Shown: positions 1 to 10,567 of the stretch, in pieces | Numbering within the stretch: the first letter of the stretch is position 1 | Layout: the number at the start of each line of letters is the position of its first letter | Assembly: GCA_965224025.1 (NCBI GenBank) | Contig: OZ245033.1 | Location: 3,968,001 to 4,032,000 of the forward strand | Length of the DNA stretch: 64,000 bases | Direction of reading: 5' to 3' | Source: Candidatus Multivorans sp. | GTDB lineage: Bacteria > Acidobacteriota > Thermoanaerobaculia > Multivoradales > Multivoraceae | The notes under the pieces: generated by a model | What the model was told of the DNA's origin: nothing | Databases searched by the model: none | What the model saw: only the letters and a program-made list of their open reading frames with translations | Position numbers and translations under genes: made by a program

Positions 1-1140
1 CGGCTCGAGAGGGAAGTCGCCGCCGCGCACACGATCCTGGACGTCCAGGGAAAAGTTGCAGGGCTGCTGGGATTCAGCCTCGAAGACGGGAAGGACTGCT
101 GATGGCGGCAAGGTCCCTGGCCCGGCAGGTCGGCATCGCGCCGGCGTGCCGGGCGCTGGGCGTGTCGCGATCGACCTTCTATCGTCGTGCGAGGCCCGCT
201 CCCGGGCGACGGCAGCCCCGCCCCACGCCTGCCCGGGCACTGAGCCAGATCGAGCGGAAACGGGTCGAGGCCACGCTTGCGTCGCCGCGTTTCGTCGATC
301 GTTCGCCGGGAGAAGTGGTGGCCACCCTGCTCGACGAGGGCCGCTACCTGTGCTCGGAGCGCACGATGTACCGCATCCTCGAAGCGAACCACCCCGTGAG
401 GGACCGCCGCAATCAGCGCGTCCATCCGTCGTACGCCAAGCCGGAGTTGGTCGCTGTCGCGCCCAACCAGGTCTGGTCGTGGGACATCACCAGGCTGCTC
501 GGACCGCAGACCTGGACCTACTACTACCTCTACGTCCTGCTCGACCTCTTCAGCCGCTACGCGGTCGGCTGGATGGTCGCCGACCGCGAGAACTCCGCGC
601 TCGCCCAAAGGCTCATCGAGGAGACCTGCCTCAAGCACGGCGTCAAGCCCCATGTCCTGACCCTGCATTCCGATCGAGGCGCCCCCATGACCAGCCAGGG
701 CACCGCCCAACTGCTCGCCCGCCTCGGCGTGAACCGCTCCCTGGGCCGACCGCGGGTCAGCGACGACAACCCCTACTCCGAAGCACAGTTCAAGACCCTC
801 AAGTACCACCCCGACTTCCCCAGCCGCTTCAACTGCCAGGACGCCGCGACCGACTACTGCAGGTCCTTCTTCCCCTGGTACAACACCGAACACCGCCATG
901 CCGGCATCGCCATGCTGACTCCCCAGACCGTCCACTACGGCCGGGCGCAAGCCGTCATCGAGCAGCGCCAACGCACGCTGAGCGCCGCCTGGGAGAGCTC
1001 ACCCGAACGATTCGTCGGCGGCCAACCGATGCACACGCCACTGCCCCGGGCCGTCTGGATCAACAAGCCCGACAACGAGACTGCAGAGACCACTCAGTAA
1101 ATCCTGAACCCCGCTGTGTCAATGTCGTTGACAGGTTCCG
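1..1140 (+). mobile_element. IS3-family-like insertion sequence, left part outside the window
   Basis: OrfA tail ends in TGA overlapping the ATG at 102, followed by an rve integrase ORF. Right-end motif TGTGTCAATGTCGTTGACAGGTTCCG (about 1115-1140) recurs inverted at 48155. Confidence 0.85.
102..1100 (+). CDS. IS3-family transposase OrfB (DDE/rve)
   Basis: Motifs WSWDIT, HSDRG, DDNPYSEAQFKTLKY. Confidence 0.9.
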   Translation: MAARSLARQVGIAPACRALGVSRSTFYRRARPAPGRRQPRPTPARALSQIERKRVEATLASPRFVDRSPGEVVATLLDEGRYLCSERTMYRILEANHPVRDRRNQRVHPSYAKPELVAVAPNQVWSWDITRLLGPQTWTYYYLYVLLDLFSRYAVGWMVADRENSALAQRLIEETCLKHGVKPHVLTLHSDRGAPMTSQGTAQLLARLGVNRSLGRPRVSDDNPYSEAQFKTLKYHPDFPSRFNCQDAATDYCRSFFPWYNTEHRHAGIAMLTPQTVHYGRAQAVIEQRQRTLSAAWESSPERFVGGQPMHTPLPRAVWINKPDNETAETTQ

Positions 1141-1352
1141 GACCGAGTCATGAGCACGGAGACATCTCCTACCGACCCCACATTCATCAGGCAACCTCAA
1201 AGGCCATCGCGTCCGGCAAGAAGCCCGAAAGCGAGGCCAAGGAGACCGACCGGTTTGTCACACTGGAGGGGGCATTCGCCTGCCTGCTTGACGACTTTCG
1301 CATCGCCGGCGTTTTGGCGACGCACGACACACAGAGGGTTCTTCCCCTATGA
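1141..1352 (+). pseudogene. C-terminal remnant of a small His-rich protein (DUF6978-like), truncated by the IS
   Basis: Frame GPSHEHGDISYRPHIHQAT begins right at the IS end; stop overlaps the next ATG (ATGA). Confidence 0.5.
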
Positions 1353-2128
1353 CTATTGACATGGACGCATTGCAAGGGCTCCTGTGCGAACGCCTCTGCA
1401 CCGAGGTACGGCTCGTGAGACGGCCCGACGACGCCCTGATGTTGCGCACACACTTCGAGTTCCCAGACGGGGACAGGTTCCCCATTCATGTGTCCGAGTC
1501 TGGAATCGGCGGCGTGCGCTTGTCAGATCGCGGTCACACGTTGATGAATATCAGCTACGACCACGATGTAGACGCCTTCCTGGAGGGGACCCGAGGTCGC
1601 CTGATGGAACGCATAGTCGCCGAAACCGGTGTTGAACAGAACGGCAGCGTGTTCTTCATCGATACTGCGCTAGAGGGACTGCCCGAGGCGGTGTTTCGCT
1701 TTGGGCAGGCGCTGACCAGAATCCACGATCTCACCTTGCTCTCAAGAACACGTGTCAGGGCCACGTTCTATGACGACCTGGCCGATTTGCTCCACAGCTT
1801 GGTCGCAGAAGAGAAGATCCAGGCGGAGTACTTCCCCGAGGACCTGCCGGACCCCGAAGCGTACTGCGTGGACTACCGGATAGAAGGCCAAGACGATCCG
1901 CTGTTTCTCTACGGCGTGCCGAACCGCGACAAGGCGCGCCTGACCACGATCATGCTGTCCCACTTTCACAGGCATGGTCTTCGGTTCGAGTCCATACTCG
2001 TCTTCTCGGACCAGTCGGAAATACCGCGACTCGATCTTGCCCGTCTCTCGGATGTCGGAGGCGAGATGATCTCTTCCCTCGAATCGAGCGCGGACCTCGA
2101 ACGGAAGCTCCTCAAGCGAGTCGCCTGA
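1349..2128 (+). CDS. DUF1828/DUF1829 domain protein
   Basis: T-x-F-x-F-PDGD and LSDRGHTL N-terminal motifs; C-terminal VDYRIE segment resembling a nuclease-like fold. Confidence 0.75.
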   Translation: MTIDMDALQGLLCERLCTEVRLVRRPDDALMLRTHFEFPDGDRFPIHVSESGIGGVRLSDRGHTLMNISYDHDVDAFLEGTRGRLMERIVAETGVEQNGSVFFIDTALEGLPEAVFRFGQALTRIHDLTLLSRTRVRATFYDDLADLLHSLVAEEKIQAEYFPEDLPDPEAYCVDYRIEGQDDPLFLYGVPNRDKARLTTIMLSHFHRHGLRFESILVFSDQSEIPRLDLARLSDVGGEMISSLESSADLERKLLKRVA

Positions 2129-2203
2129 ATCCGATACTGATCGCCGGCGCACCAGTCTGCTGCAACTGCGACACGGGCCGGCAGGCGGTTGTGTCTCTCC
2201 CGC

Positions 2204-5200
2204 CTACTCCCGCTCGAAGCCGTGACTGCTGAACTTCAGCGTTCGGCTGTTCTCGGTTACGGTGCGCACGACGTGCTCGGGGGCCCCGTCAGGGATCTGC
2301 GCCTCAATCTCCAGCATGACCGACACGTCCGCGCCCACAAGACCAGCCAGATGGGTGATCACTTCCTCGGCGATTCGGCTCGCGTCGCGCCCGGCCCGGT
2401 TCGCATCGAGCGAGACGCTGCCGTGGAAGCGCTTCGGCAGGTCACCATCCGCCTGGCCCGGTCCTGATCCCGGTTGGTCCTGTGAGCCGGTACCGTCTCC
2501 CGCTTCCGGCGGCAGACCAGCGGGTGGACTGTCGGGTTCCCTTTCCGCGTCCATCTGCTGCCTCGCGGTAGCCGCCGCTACAAGAACGCCGGGAGTGCTC
2601 GCATCGGAGAGTGAGATCACCTCCCCACCGCGGAGGCCCCGGTACCGCTCAGCGTCGTCGTCGACGCTGTCCGCATAGGCGAAGGCCTCGCGTTCCCAGG
2701 TCAGCAGCCGCACTCCGTCCTCCACACCGCGGAGCAGGACGGACGGCTCCTGCAGGCGAGGTAGATACATGTAGCGGGCGAAGTCCTCGACAAGCTGCCG
2801 CACCTCGACGTGATCTCCGCGCCAAAGAGGCACCCGGTCAAGTTCCAGCCGGAGGCGGGTCCCGGCGAGACCGCTAAGGAGATACTCCTCACTCTTCAAA
2901 CGGCGGGCCGCCCTGGGCGCCAGCGCCTCCTGACTACCCAGCCGCGCGGCCTCCCACTTGATCGAGGCAGCCGGATCGGCCTGGACCGGCACGAGCAACC
3001 ACTGGTAGGTCTCGGGCAATCGGGAAGATACGGTCTCGGCCGCAGCCTGACACTGCGTCTCGGCCTGCCTGACCTGATGGAGGGATAGGTCAAGAGCCTC
3101 CCGTTCGCTGAGGATCGACTCCCAAGCGAGGCGGCGCCGAATGGCCTCATCCAACTCTTGCAGGCGGGACTGATCCGGAGCCAAGAAGACGAGCGTGTTG
3201 CGGTAGATCCGGGGAGCGGCCCCTCGAGTCTCAAGAATGGCTCCGGCCGCCGTCTCAGCCGGGGAGCCCGGCTCACGGTGGTACGGATAGTCCACACCAA
3301 GGACGACGAGACGGGTCTCCAACTCGTCCGGCACGTCGTGCCCTGACTGGGGAGCCGTGTGGATCCGGCTGAAGCCACCGGTATCGCGGAGGGCAACGCG
3401 CAGCGCTTCACCGATCGCCCGCTCCACACGGTCGCGGTCGCGTCGAAACTGCTCGGCCCGATCCTCCGCGAGCTTCGTGACCGTCGGCCGGGTGTCGTAC
3501 CAGTAGCGGGTCCCGTCCTGATACAGATATGTGGCGCGGGTCGCGAGCCTTCGCAGAGCGTCTCCGAACACCGCGGACGATTCACCCGGCAGCACGCAGC
3601 CGAGCTTGATACGCCGATCCTCGAGGCCACGTTGAGCCGAGCCCGCACTGGGCGCCGATCCGAGATACACCGTTCGCGCAACCCTCCGGCACGCCGAGAA
3701 CTTGCCCAAGTTGGCAACCTCGCCATCGATCCGCTGTGGCAGCGACTGCTGCCCGTCGATGTCCTTCTCGATCACCGGAACCCAGTTCTCGGGCAGATAC
3801 CGGCTGAGCTCGGGCCCAACGCGGGCATCGTCAATCGAGATGTTCGCAGGCAGGATAAGCGGGCTCCTGTCGCCCTTCTCCCACAGGCTGTGAATGACCG
3901 CCGCCATGAGCCGGAGCACGCCGCGAGTCCGCTGGAAGGTCACCAAGGTCGACCAATCCGAGTAGAGCCGGTCAAAGATCTCCGGGTGAATGGGATACGC
4001 GGCCTTGAGGCGCTGCTCGTAGTCCGCGTCGCGACACTCAGCCGGGAACTCGTCGCGTTGGCCTCGGTAGAGGTCGGCGAACGCTCTGGCCACAACGTCG
4101 CGGTCCCTAAACTGTGCGGCGTCCGAGAACGGTTCGAAGAGGCGCCTTCTGACTATCTCGAAGCCTTCCTCGGCGCTAGCCGGCCGCCAGGACGACTCCA
4201 CGCGCCCGATCACATTGCGCAGCCGGTCAAGCGCCTCCCGGCCACGCTGGCCGCCAACCTCGATGTCGTCCGCCTGGGTGTGGGAAGAGCCACTCGTGTC
4301 AGAGGCCGGAAGACTCACTACCAGCAAGCAGCCGGGTACAGCCTTGACCGACTCAGTAAGAGTCTGGGCGAACGTGAACTGAGTCTCGAAGCTCCCCGCC
4401 GGCAGGTCGCTTTCGTCGTGGAGCTGCCGCGCGTAGGCAACCCACTCGTCGATCAGGATCAGACATGGTGCGTGCTCCCTGAGGAGCTGCCGCAAGGCGT
4501 CCCCGGGGCTCGTTGCCCGCTCGTCATCCGCCGCCACACATGCATAGGCCTCGGCGCCGCCCAACTGCCACGCCAACTCGCCCCACAACGTGCGCACGAC
4601 GGTGCCGTCTTCCTTGGTTACCGGGTTTCCCGGCGAGATGCGAATACCGACCAGGACGACGCGCTTCACTTTCGGCAGCTTGACTACTCCGGCTTCTTTC
4701 ATCAGCACTTCGGCGCCCGCGAGGCCGCTTGGCGAAACCCCAGAGAAGAGGTGGTAGAGCGCAAGCATCGAGTGGGTCTTGCCACCTCCGAAGTTCGTCT
4801 GCAACTGGACCACCGGATCACCGCCTCGACCGGTGAGCCGCCTGATTGCGCTGGCGAGCATGCCCTTGAGGCTCTCCGTCAGGTAGGTACGTCGGAAGAA
4901 CTCGACCGGATCCCGGTACTCCGTAGCTCCCTCGCCTTCGTGCACCTGCCAGAGATCGGCTGCGAACTCCGCTTGTTGATACCGGCCGCTCGCGACGTCC
5001 TGGTGCGGTGTCACGACCTCGCGCCAAGGCTTCAAGGTGGCCGCAGTAGCGCCGATGGCAAGGCCAACCTGTTTTCGACGCTCTCCACGGGCCTGCTCGT
5101 CGAAACGGACCCGAAGCAGCTCCATCTTCAGCTTCTCCGCTTCCACCGCCTCCTTGGCCGAAATCGCCGTCAGCAGCCGAGTGGCTGTGTCCAGCACACG

Positions 5201-5530
5201 GTACGCGTCATCGCTCGAGAACGGTCTCTGGTGGGCCCACCGGTTCCGCTGTTCGCGCAGCTCACTCACAAAGCTCCGTTCAGCATGCCCAAGAACCGGC
5301 CGGAACACGCTTTGCCACAGGTCGCACATCAACGTGAGAAGCGCGGCAACATCCATGTCGCCGACTGACCAGGCACTTCGACGCCGGTCGTGGCCAACCC
5401 ACCCGACGGCACCGGCGTCGACGCGCTTCGCCTTGACTGCTCGGCGTAACTCGCGCTCGACGAACGGGCCTAGCCCAGCCTTGACGAGGTCGAGTGCCTT
5501 GCCGACTCGCTCCCGATTCGTTGTCGCCAT
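2204..5530 (-). CDS. DUF499 family AAA+ ATPase with N-terminal Swt1/HEPN-like domain
   Basis: RNRWAH (Rx4H), PWREVVTPH, EFAADL, Walker A FGGGKTH, Walker B LILIDE, AYPIHPE. Confidence 0.9.
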   Translation of the reverse strand: MATTNRERVGKALDLVKAGLGPFVERELRRAVKAKRVDAGAVGWVGHDRRRSAWSVGDMDVAALLTLMCDLWQSVFRPVLGHAERSFVSELREQRNRWAHQRPFSSDDAYRVLDTATRLLTAISAKEAVEAEKLKMELLRVRFDEQARGERRKQVGLAIGATAATLKPWREVVTPHQDVASGRYQQAEFAADLWQVHEGEGATEYRDPVEFFRRTYLTESLKGMLASAIRRLTGRGGDPVVQLQTNFGGGKTHSMLALYHLFSGVSPSGLAGAEVLMKEAGVVKLPKVKRVVLVGIRISPGNPVTKEDGTVVRTLWGELAWQLGGAEAYACVAADDERATSPGDALRQLLREHAPCLILIDEWVAYARQLHDESDLPAGSFETQFTFAQTLTESVKAVPGCLLVVSLPASDTSGSSHTQADDIEVGGQRGREALDRLRNVIGRVESSWRPASAEEGFEIVRRRLFEPFSDAAQFRDRDVVARAFADLYRGQRDEFPAECRDADYEQRLKAAYPIHPEIFDRLYSDWSTLVTFQRTRGVLRLMAAVIHSLWEKGDRSPLILPANISIDDARVGPELSRYLPENWVPVIEKDIDGQQSLPQRIDGEVANLGKFSACRRVARTVYLGSAPSAGSAQRGLEDRRIKLGCVLPGESSAVFGDALRRLATRATYLYQDGTRYWYDTRPTVTKLAEDRAEQFRRDRDRVERAIGEALRVALRDTGGFSRIHTAPQSGHDVPDELETRLVVLGVDYPYHREPGSPAETAAGAILETRGAAPRIYRNTLVFLAPDQSRLQELDEAIRRRLAWESILSEREALDLSLHQVRQAETQCQAAAETVSSRLPETYQWLLVPVQADPAASIKWEAARLGSQEALAPRAARRLKSEEYLLSGLAGTRLRLELDRVPLWRGDHVEVRQLVEDFARYMYLPRLQEPSVLLRGVEDGVRLLTWEREAFAYADSVDDDAERYRGLRGGEVISLSDASTPGVLVAAATARQQMDAEREPDSPPAGLPPEAGDGTGSQDQPGSGPGQADGDLPKRFHGSVSLDANRAGRDASRIAEEVITHLAGLVGADVSVMLEIEAQIPDGAPEHVVRTVTENSRTLKFSSHGFERE

Positions 5531-5601
5531 GAGGCCGGAAGTCTAATGCCACCGCGTGTCCAATGCACTTGACGCGGCCACCGCTGACGAAACGTGCTTC
5601 G

Positions 5602-8600
5602 CTACCGCGGCGCCTCCGCTTCGGCAAGGAGCTCCCTCAGCGTGTAGTTCACGCTGGCTGCGCCGAAGTCCGGCTCACGCCGGAACGGCTGCCGGACGTA
5701 GTGGACCGCGTGGTGCTTGTCTTCGCCGAACAGGACGATCGCCAGGATGAAGTCGTCCGGCTTGTTCAGCGAGTAGAGAATCTCGTTCCGTGTCACGGTG
5801 ATCGTCGCGGCGTCGCTTCGTCGGCCCTTGACTTCGACGAACCGCAGCTTCCCGGTGGCCGGATCCCGGCTCTCGATGTCGTAGCCGAGCTTGTCGAGTT
5901 CCCGGTCCGTCGGTTCGAAGCCGAGCCCACGCTCGGTCTCCATGACGATCTCGCGGGCGCGAGCCGCGGATTCCTGGGTGTCGATCGTGGGCCTCGGACG
6001 CTCCGAACGACCTGCCATCGCCTCGATCAACCCCTGCGGCGCCACCAGCAGCCCGCCGAGCACCAGCGGCGGCCTCGGTGAGATCTGCTTCTCTCGCTTC
6101 AGTTCCTCGAACCGTTTCTGCAAGCGGCCCGCAAGGGTGTCCGCGCGCCGGCGGGCCTCGCCCGAGTTGAGCCGGGCTGCCGGCTTGCCGGCCTCCTCGG
6201 CGAGCTTGAGCTGGGCGGCACTGTGGTCCCAGTGGTTGATCTCCTTGGTCAGGCGATCCTTGACGGCCGCTTCGGTCTTGCCGATGAACTCCAGCCGTGT
6301 GTCGCGGACTTCCTGCAAATGCTCGGGTACGACATGAGCTACGGCGTACGCCTGTGCCTCCTGCTCGAGACCGCAGTCTATCCACTGGCACTCCGGGCGT
6401 TCGAGGAACTCTTCGACCGTAGGTTCGCCATCCTCGAGTGGCCGATAGTCGAGGTAGGGGGCGTAGTGGATATGGCGCTTGACTCCGGCCGAATCCAGTT
6501 CCACGTAGAGCACCCGCTTCGAGATGACGCGCCGGTCGCCGTTGCGGGTAGTGCTTCCGTCCTGCAAAGCGTGCTCGATGGAGAACAGAACCCGCGGCGC
6601 CGTTCCGCCGTCCCGCTCGTCGACGAGCACCGCACCGCGCCTCAGCAGGTCGCGGTGGCGTTCGAGGGTCAGGTCGATCACCGCCTCGAGCAGCGGATGG
6701 CCCGGACAGACAAAAGCCGCGAGCGGATGGCCCGGCGGCGCGACCAGGTGCTTCTCGAAGACGACCCGTTCGTAGCGTGGGAGCACCGCCTCCCGCACCC
6801 CGATCAAGCGGTCGCGGTACTTCACCGGCCCCGGCACATGGCTCACCTGGTAGCGGCGCGCCTCGCGTTGCCGCAGTTTGCCGCCCAAGCACCCGAACGC
6901 CTCGCGGAAGAAGGACTCGATGTAGTGCGGCTGCAGGCGGCGGGCTTCCGCACGCGCCATGTCTTCCCGGACCCGCTGCACGCCCGAGGCGTCCATCGCG
7001 TCGTGGGCCAACTGGCGCTCTTCCAGCAGTTCCTGCAGCGCGAAGCGGTCGACCGCGTGATCGACGGCAACATCCAGCCGCGCCCGCACCTCCGGCCGCT
7101 CGCCGTAGCGGATCGCGTCCAGGAGAAGGTTGCGGAGGGAACGACCCTCGAACTCCAGCTTGCCCAGCACGTCGAACACCTGCCCGCCGAGCGTCTGCCG
7201 GGCCTGTTCCAGCTTCTCCAGCAGCCGGTGGTAGACGTCGCCCTCGCGGGTGTCCTGGGCAACCAGGTTCCAGAGATGGCACACCTCGGTCTGGCCGATT
7301 CGGTGGATGCGGCCGAAACGCTGTTCGAGCCGGTTCGGATTCCAGGGCAGGTCGTAGTTGACCATCAGGTGGGCGCGCTGCAGGTTGATCCCCTCGCCGG
7401 CGGCGTCGGTCGCCAGCAGGACCTGGACCTGCGGGTCGTACTGGAAAGCCTGCTGCACTTCAAGGCGCTTCTCTCGACCGATGCTGCCGTGGATGACCGC
7501 GACGGCAGACTCGCGGCCCAACAGGGTGGCGATGCGCTCGTACAAGTACCGCAGCGTGTCCCGATGCTCCGTGAAGAGCACGAGTTTCTGTCCAGGAGAC
7601 TGCGGCGGAAGTGTGGCGGCGCCGTCTCCGGAGGTCTGGTCCCGCTTCCCCACTCGATCCTGTGGACCAGAGGCTGTGAAGATCTCCGCTAGCAGGGTCG
7701 CAAGCTCGCGCCACTTGGTGTCTCTGCCGGCACGCCGCACCTCCAGCGCCAGCGCCTCAAGTACCTTCAGAGTCTCGATCTCCGCCCTCAGTTCGGCGAT
7801 CGATTGGGCGGCAGTTGCCTGATCGAGGATCTGCGCCTCGGTGTCTTCGACTTCCTCCTCCGGGGCATCGGCAAGATCCTCGACATCGTCCTCATCGAGT
7901 TCGGGCGCCAGGAACGCCACGACCAGGGAATGCTGGCCGCCTCGCTGCAGCACCTCGAGCTCGCGCAATCGACTCTCCAGTCGCTCCCGGCGACGACGCA
8001 GCGCCCGGTAGATCGCCTCGGGCGACGACGCCAATCGCCGCTGCAGGAGCGTCAACGCAAAGCCGACCGTACCGGCGCGTTTCGCGTTCGCCAGCGCTTC
8101 CGCGCGGTTGAACTCCTCGCGCACGTAGCTGGTGACCGCCGCGTACAGCCGGGCCTCGTCGTCGGACAGGCGGTAGGGCACGGTGTGCGCGATCCGCTCC
8201 GGGAACAGCGGCTTGCCGTCGAACTTGAGCAGCCGTTCCTTGACCATCCGCCGCATCAGGTCGGAGACGTCGGTGGTGTGGACTCCGTCGCGGAAGCGCC
8301 CCTCGAAGCGGTCGCCGTCGAGCAACGCCATGAAGAGCTGGAAGTCCGTTTCCTTGCCGTTGTGGGGCGTCGCCGTCATCAACAGGAAGTGGCGCGTCAA
8401 GCGGGACAGGAGCTGCCCGAGCCGGTACCGTTTCGTGTACCTGATCTCAGTGCCGTAGAGCGTCGCGGAGAACTTGTGCGCCTCGTCGCACACCACGAGA
8501 TCCCAGTCCGCGTCAGGCGCCTGGAGCTTCTGCTGCACGTCCTCGTCGCGCGACAGCTTGTCGAGGCGCGCAATGACCAGGTTCTCTTCACGGAACCAGT

Positions 8601-9177
8601 TCCCGGTGCGCGCAGCTTCGAGCTTGTCGTTGGTCAGGATCTCGAACGGGAGGTTGAAGCGTCGATGCAGTTCGTCCTGCCACTGCTCCGCCAAAGCCCC
8701 CGGACACACGACGAGGCAGCGCTCCAGGTCGCCCCGGGCGATGAGTTCCTTGATCAGCAATCCCGCCATGATCGTCTTGCCTGCGCCCGGGTCGTCGGCG
8801 AGGAGGAAGCGCAGCGGCTGGCGCGGCAGCATTTCGTCGTAGACGGCGGTGATCTGATGCGGCAGAGGCTCGACCACCGAGGTGTGAACGGCCAGCACCG
8901 GGTCGAACAGGTGCGCGAGGCGAATGCGCTGCGCTTCGGAAGCCAATCGGAACAGAGCGCCGTCGCCGTCGAAGCTCCACGGCCGTCCGTGGTCGACGAT
9001 CTCAAGGCGGGGCTCGTCGTGGCGGTACAGGAGCTCGTTGGCGACGGCGCCATCGCCAGTCTTGTAGGTCAACTCAAGCGCCTCCGAGCCGAACCACTCG
9101 GCGCTGACGACCGTCACCGAGCCCTCGGGATGGACACCGCGAACTGTGCAGCGCGGTTGAAGATCTTCAAGACGCAC
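5602..9177 (-). CDS. SNF2-family helicase with C-terminal DUF3883 (PD-(D/E)XK) nuclease domain
   Basis: LLADDPGAGKT, DEAH, TATP, QRFGRIHRIGQ; C-terminal GYDIES..FVEVKGR. Confidence 0.92.
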   Translation of the reverse strand: MRLEDLQPRCTVRGVHPEGSVTVVSAEWFGSEALELTYKTGDGAVANELLYRHDEPRLEIVDHGRPWSFDGDGALFRLASEAQRIRLAHLFDPVLAVHTSVVEPLPHQITAVYDEMLPRQPLRFLLADDPGAGKTIMAGLLIKELIARGDLERCLVVCPGALAEQWQDELHRRFNLPFEILTNDKLEAARTGNWFREENLVIARLDKLSRDEDVQQKLQAPDADWDLVVCDEAHKFSATLYGTEIRYTKRYRLGQLLSRLTRHFLLMTATPHNGKETDFQLFMALLDGDRFEGRFRDGVHTTDVSDLMRRMVKERLLKFDGKPLFPERIAHTVPYRLSDDEARLYAAVTSYVREEFNRAEALANAKRAGTVGFALTLLQRRLASSPEAIYRALRRRRERLESRLRELEVLQRGGQHSLVVAFLAPELDEDDVEDLADAPEEEVEDTEAQILDQATAAQSIAELRAEIETLKVLEALALEVRRAGRDTKWRELATLLAEIFTASGPQDRVGKRDQTSGDGAATLPPQSPGQKLVLFTEHRDTLRYLYERIATLLGRESAVAVIHGSIGREKRLEVQQAFQYDPQVQVLLATDAAGEGINLQRAHLMVNYDLPWNPNRLEQRFGRIHRIGQTEVCHLWNLVAQDTREGDVYHRLLEKLEQARQTLGGQVFDVLGKLEFEGRSLRNLLLDAIRYGERPEVRARLDVAVDHAVDRFALQELLEERQLAHDAMDASGVQRVREDMARAEARRLQPHYIESFFREAFGCLGGKLRQREARRYQVSHVPGPVKYRDRLIGVREAVLPRYERVVFEKHLVAPPGHPLAAFVCPGHPLLEAVIDLTLERHRDLLRRGAVLVDERDGGTAPRVLFSIEHALQDGSTTRNGDRRVISKRVLYVELDSAGVKRHIHYAPYLDYRPLEDGEPTVEEFLERPECQWIDCGLEQEAQAYAVAHVVPEHLQEVRDTRLEFIGKTEAAVKDRLTKEINHWDHSAAQLKLAEEAGKPAARLNSGEARRRADTLAGRLQKRFEELKREKQISPRPPLVLGGLLVAPQGLIEAMAGRSERPRPTIDTQESAARAREIVMETERGLGFEPTDRELDKLGYDIESRDPATGKLRFVEVKGRRSDAATITVTRNEILYSLNKPDDFILAIVLFGEDKHHAVHYVRQPFRREPDFGAASVNYTLRELLAEAEAPR

Positions 9178-9220
9178 GTGATCGATCCGCAGCTCTAGGA
9201 GATTCGTGGCCCGGCTGGAA

Positions 9221-10483
9221 CTAGCCGCCGTCCTCGCCGCCCCGCCCGCCGACGATCACCTGGTGCGCCTTGAGCCGCAGCGCGTTGAGGCGGATGAACC
9301 CCCGGGCGTCGGTCTGGTCGTAGCCGCCCTCGACGTCCATGGACGACAGGTTCTGGTCGTAGAGCGAGCTCGGCGACTCGCGGCCGAGGATGCTCACGCC
9401 GCCCTTGTAGAGGCGCAGGTGGACGGTGCCGTCGATGATCCGCTCGGCCTGGAGGAAGGCGGCGCGGATGAACTCCATCTCCGGCGAGAACCAGAAGCCG
9501 TTGTAGATCAGTTCCGCGAACTTGGGCGACAGGCCGTCGCGCAGGCGCTGGACTTCCCGATCCATGGCAACGCCCTCGAGGTCGCGCAGGGCGTGGTGGA
9601 GGATCGTGCCACCCGGGGTCTCGTAGACGCCGCGCGACTTGATGCCCACGAAACGGTTCTCGACGATGTCGATGCGGCCGATGCCGTTCCGGCCGCCGAT
9701 TTCGTTCAGGTACTCGAACAGGGGCAGGGAATCCGAGTGCTCGACACCGGCGGTGCGGTCGCGCACCCGCACCGGGCGCGCGTCCTTGAACTCGATCTCG
9801 ATCTCGATGGGCTCGTCCGGCGCGTCAAGCGGCGACACGGTGAGCGAGAACATGTCTTCGGTCGGCGTCTGCATCGGGTCCTCGAGCAGGCCGGCCTCGT
9901 AGCTCTTGTGCATCAGGTTCTCGTCCATGCTGTACGGCTTCTCGGACGAGGCCTCGATCGGGATGCCCTGCTCTTCGGCGTAGTCCAGAAGGTCGGTGCG
10001 GCCCTGGAAGCGGCGCAGGAACTCGGCGTCCTTCCAAGGCGCGTAGACCTCGATGGACGGCGCCAGCGCGGCGTAGGCGAGTTCGAAGCGGACCTGGTCA
10101 TTGCCCTTGCCGGTAGCGCCATGGGAGAGCACGTCGGCGCCCTCGCCAATCGCGATCTCGGCCTGGCAGCGCGCGATCAGCGGCCGCGCCAGGGCAGTGC
10201 CGAGCAGGTAGCGGTTCTCATAGACCGCGTTGCCGGCGATCGCCGGGTAGATGAAGTCGGTCACGAACTCGCGCCGCAGGTCCTCGACGTAGACCTTCGA
10301 GGCGCCGATCGCCTCGGCCCGGCGGGCCTGGCGGTCGAAGTCCTCGCGCTGGCCCACGTCGACGATCACGGCGACGACGTCGAAACCGCGCTCCTGCAGG
10401 GTGCGCAGGATCACGGAGGTGTCGAGACCTCCGCTGTAGGCGAGTACGGCCTTCTTCTTCGGAAAGACTGGCTTGCTCGGCAT
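9221..10483 (-). CDS. argG: Argininosuccinate synthase
   Basis: [35 protein letters not shown]. Confidence 0.98.
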   Translation of the reverse strand: MPSKPVFPKKKAVLAYSGGLDTSVILRTLQERGFDVVAVIVDVGQREDFDRQARRAEAIGASKVYVEDLRREFVTDFIYPAIAGNAVYENRYLLGTALARPLIARCQAEIAIGEGADVLSHGATGKGNDQVRFELAYAALAPSIEVYAPWKDAEFLRRFQGRTDLLDYAEEQGIPIEASSEKPYSMDENLMHKSYEAGLLEDPMQTPTEDMFSLTVSPLDAPDEPIEIEIEFKDARPVRVRDRTAGVEHSDSLPLFEYLNEIGGRNGIGRIDIVENRFVGIKSRGVYETPGGTILHHALRDLEGVAMDREVQRLRDGLSPKFAELIYNGFWFSPEMEFIRAAFLQAERIIDGTVHLRLYKGGVSILGRESPSSLYDQNLSSMDVEGGYDQTDARGFIRLNALRLKAHQVIVGGRGGEDGG

Positions 10484-10567
10484 GGCTCAGTGGACCTCTC
10501 TGGGGCCCGGAGATCGCGCCGGGCCGGCGGGAGACTATCCGGGCTGCGGCCCGCGGTGAAGCTCCGT

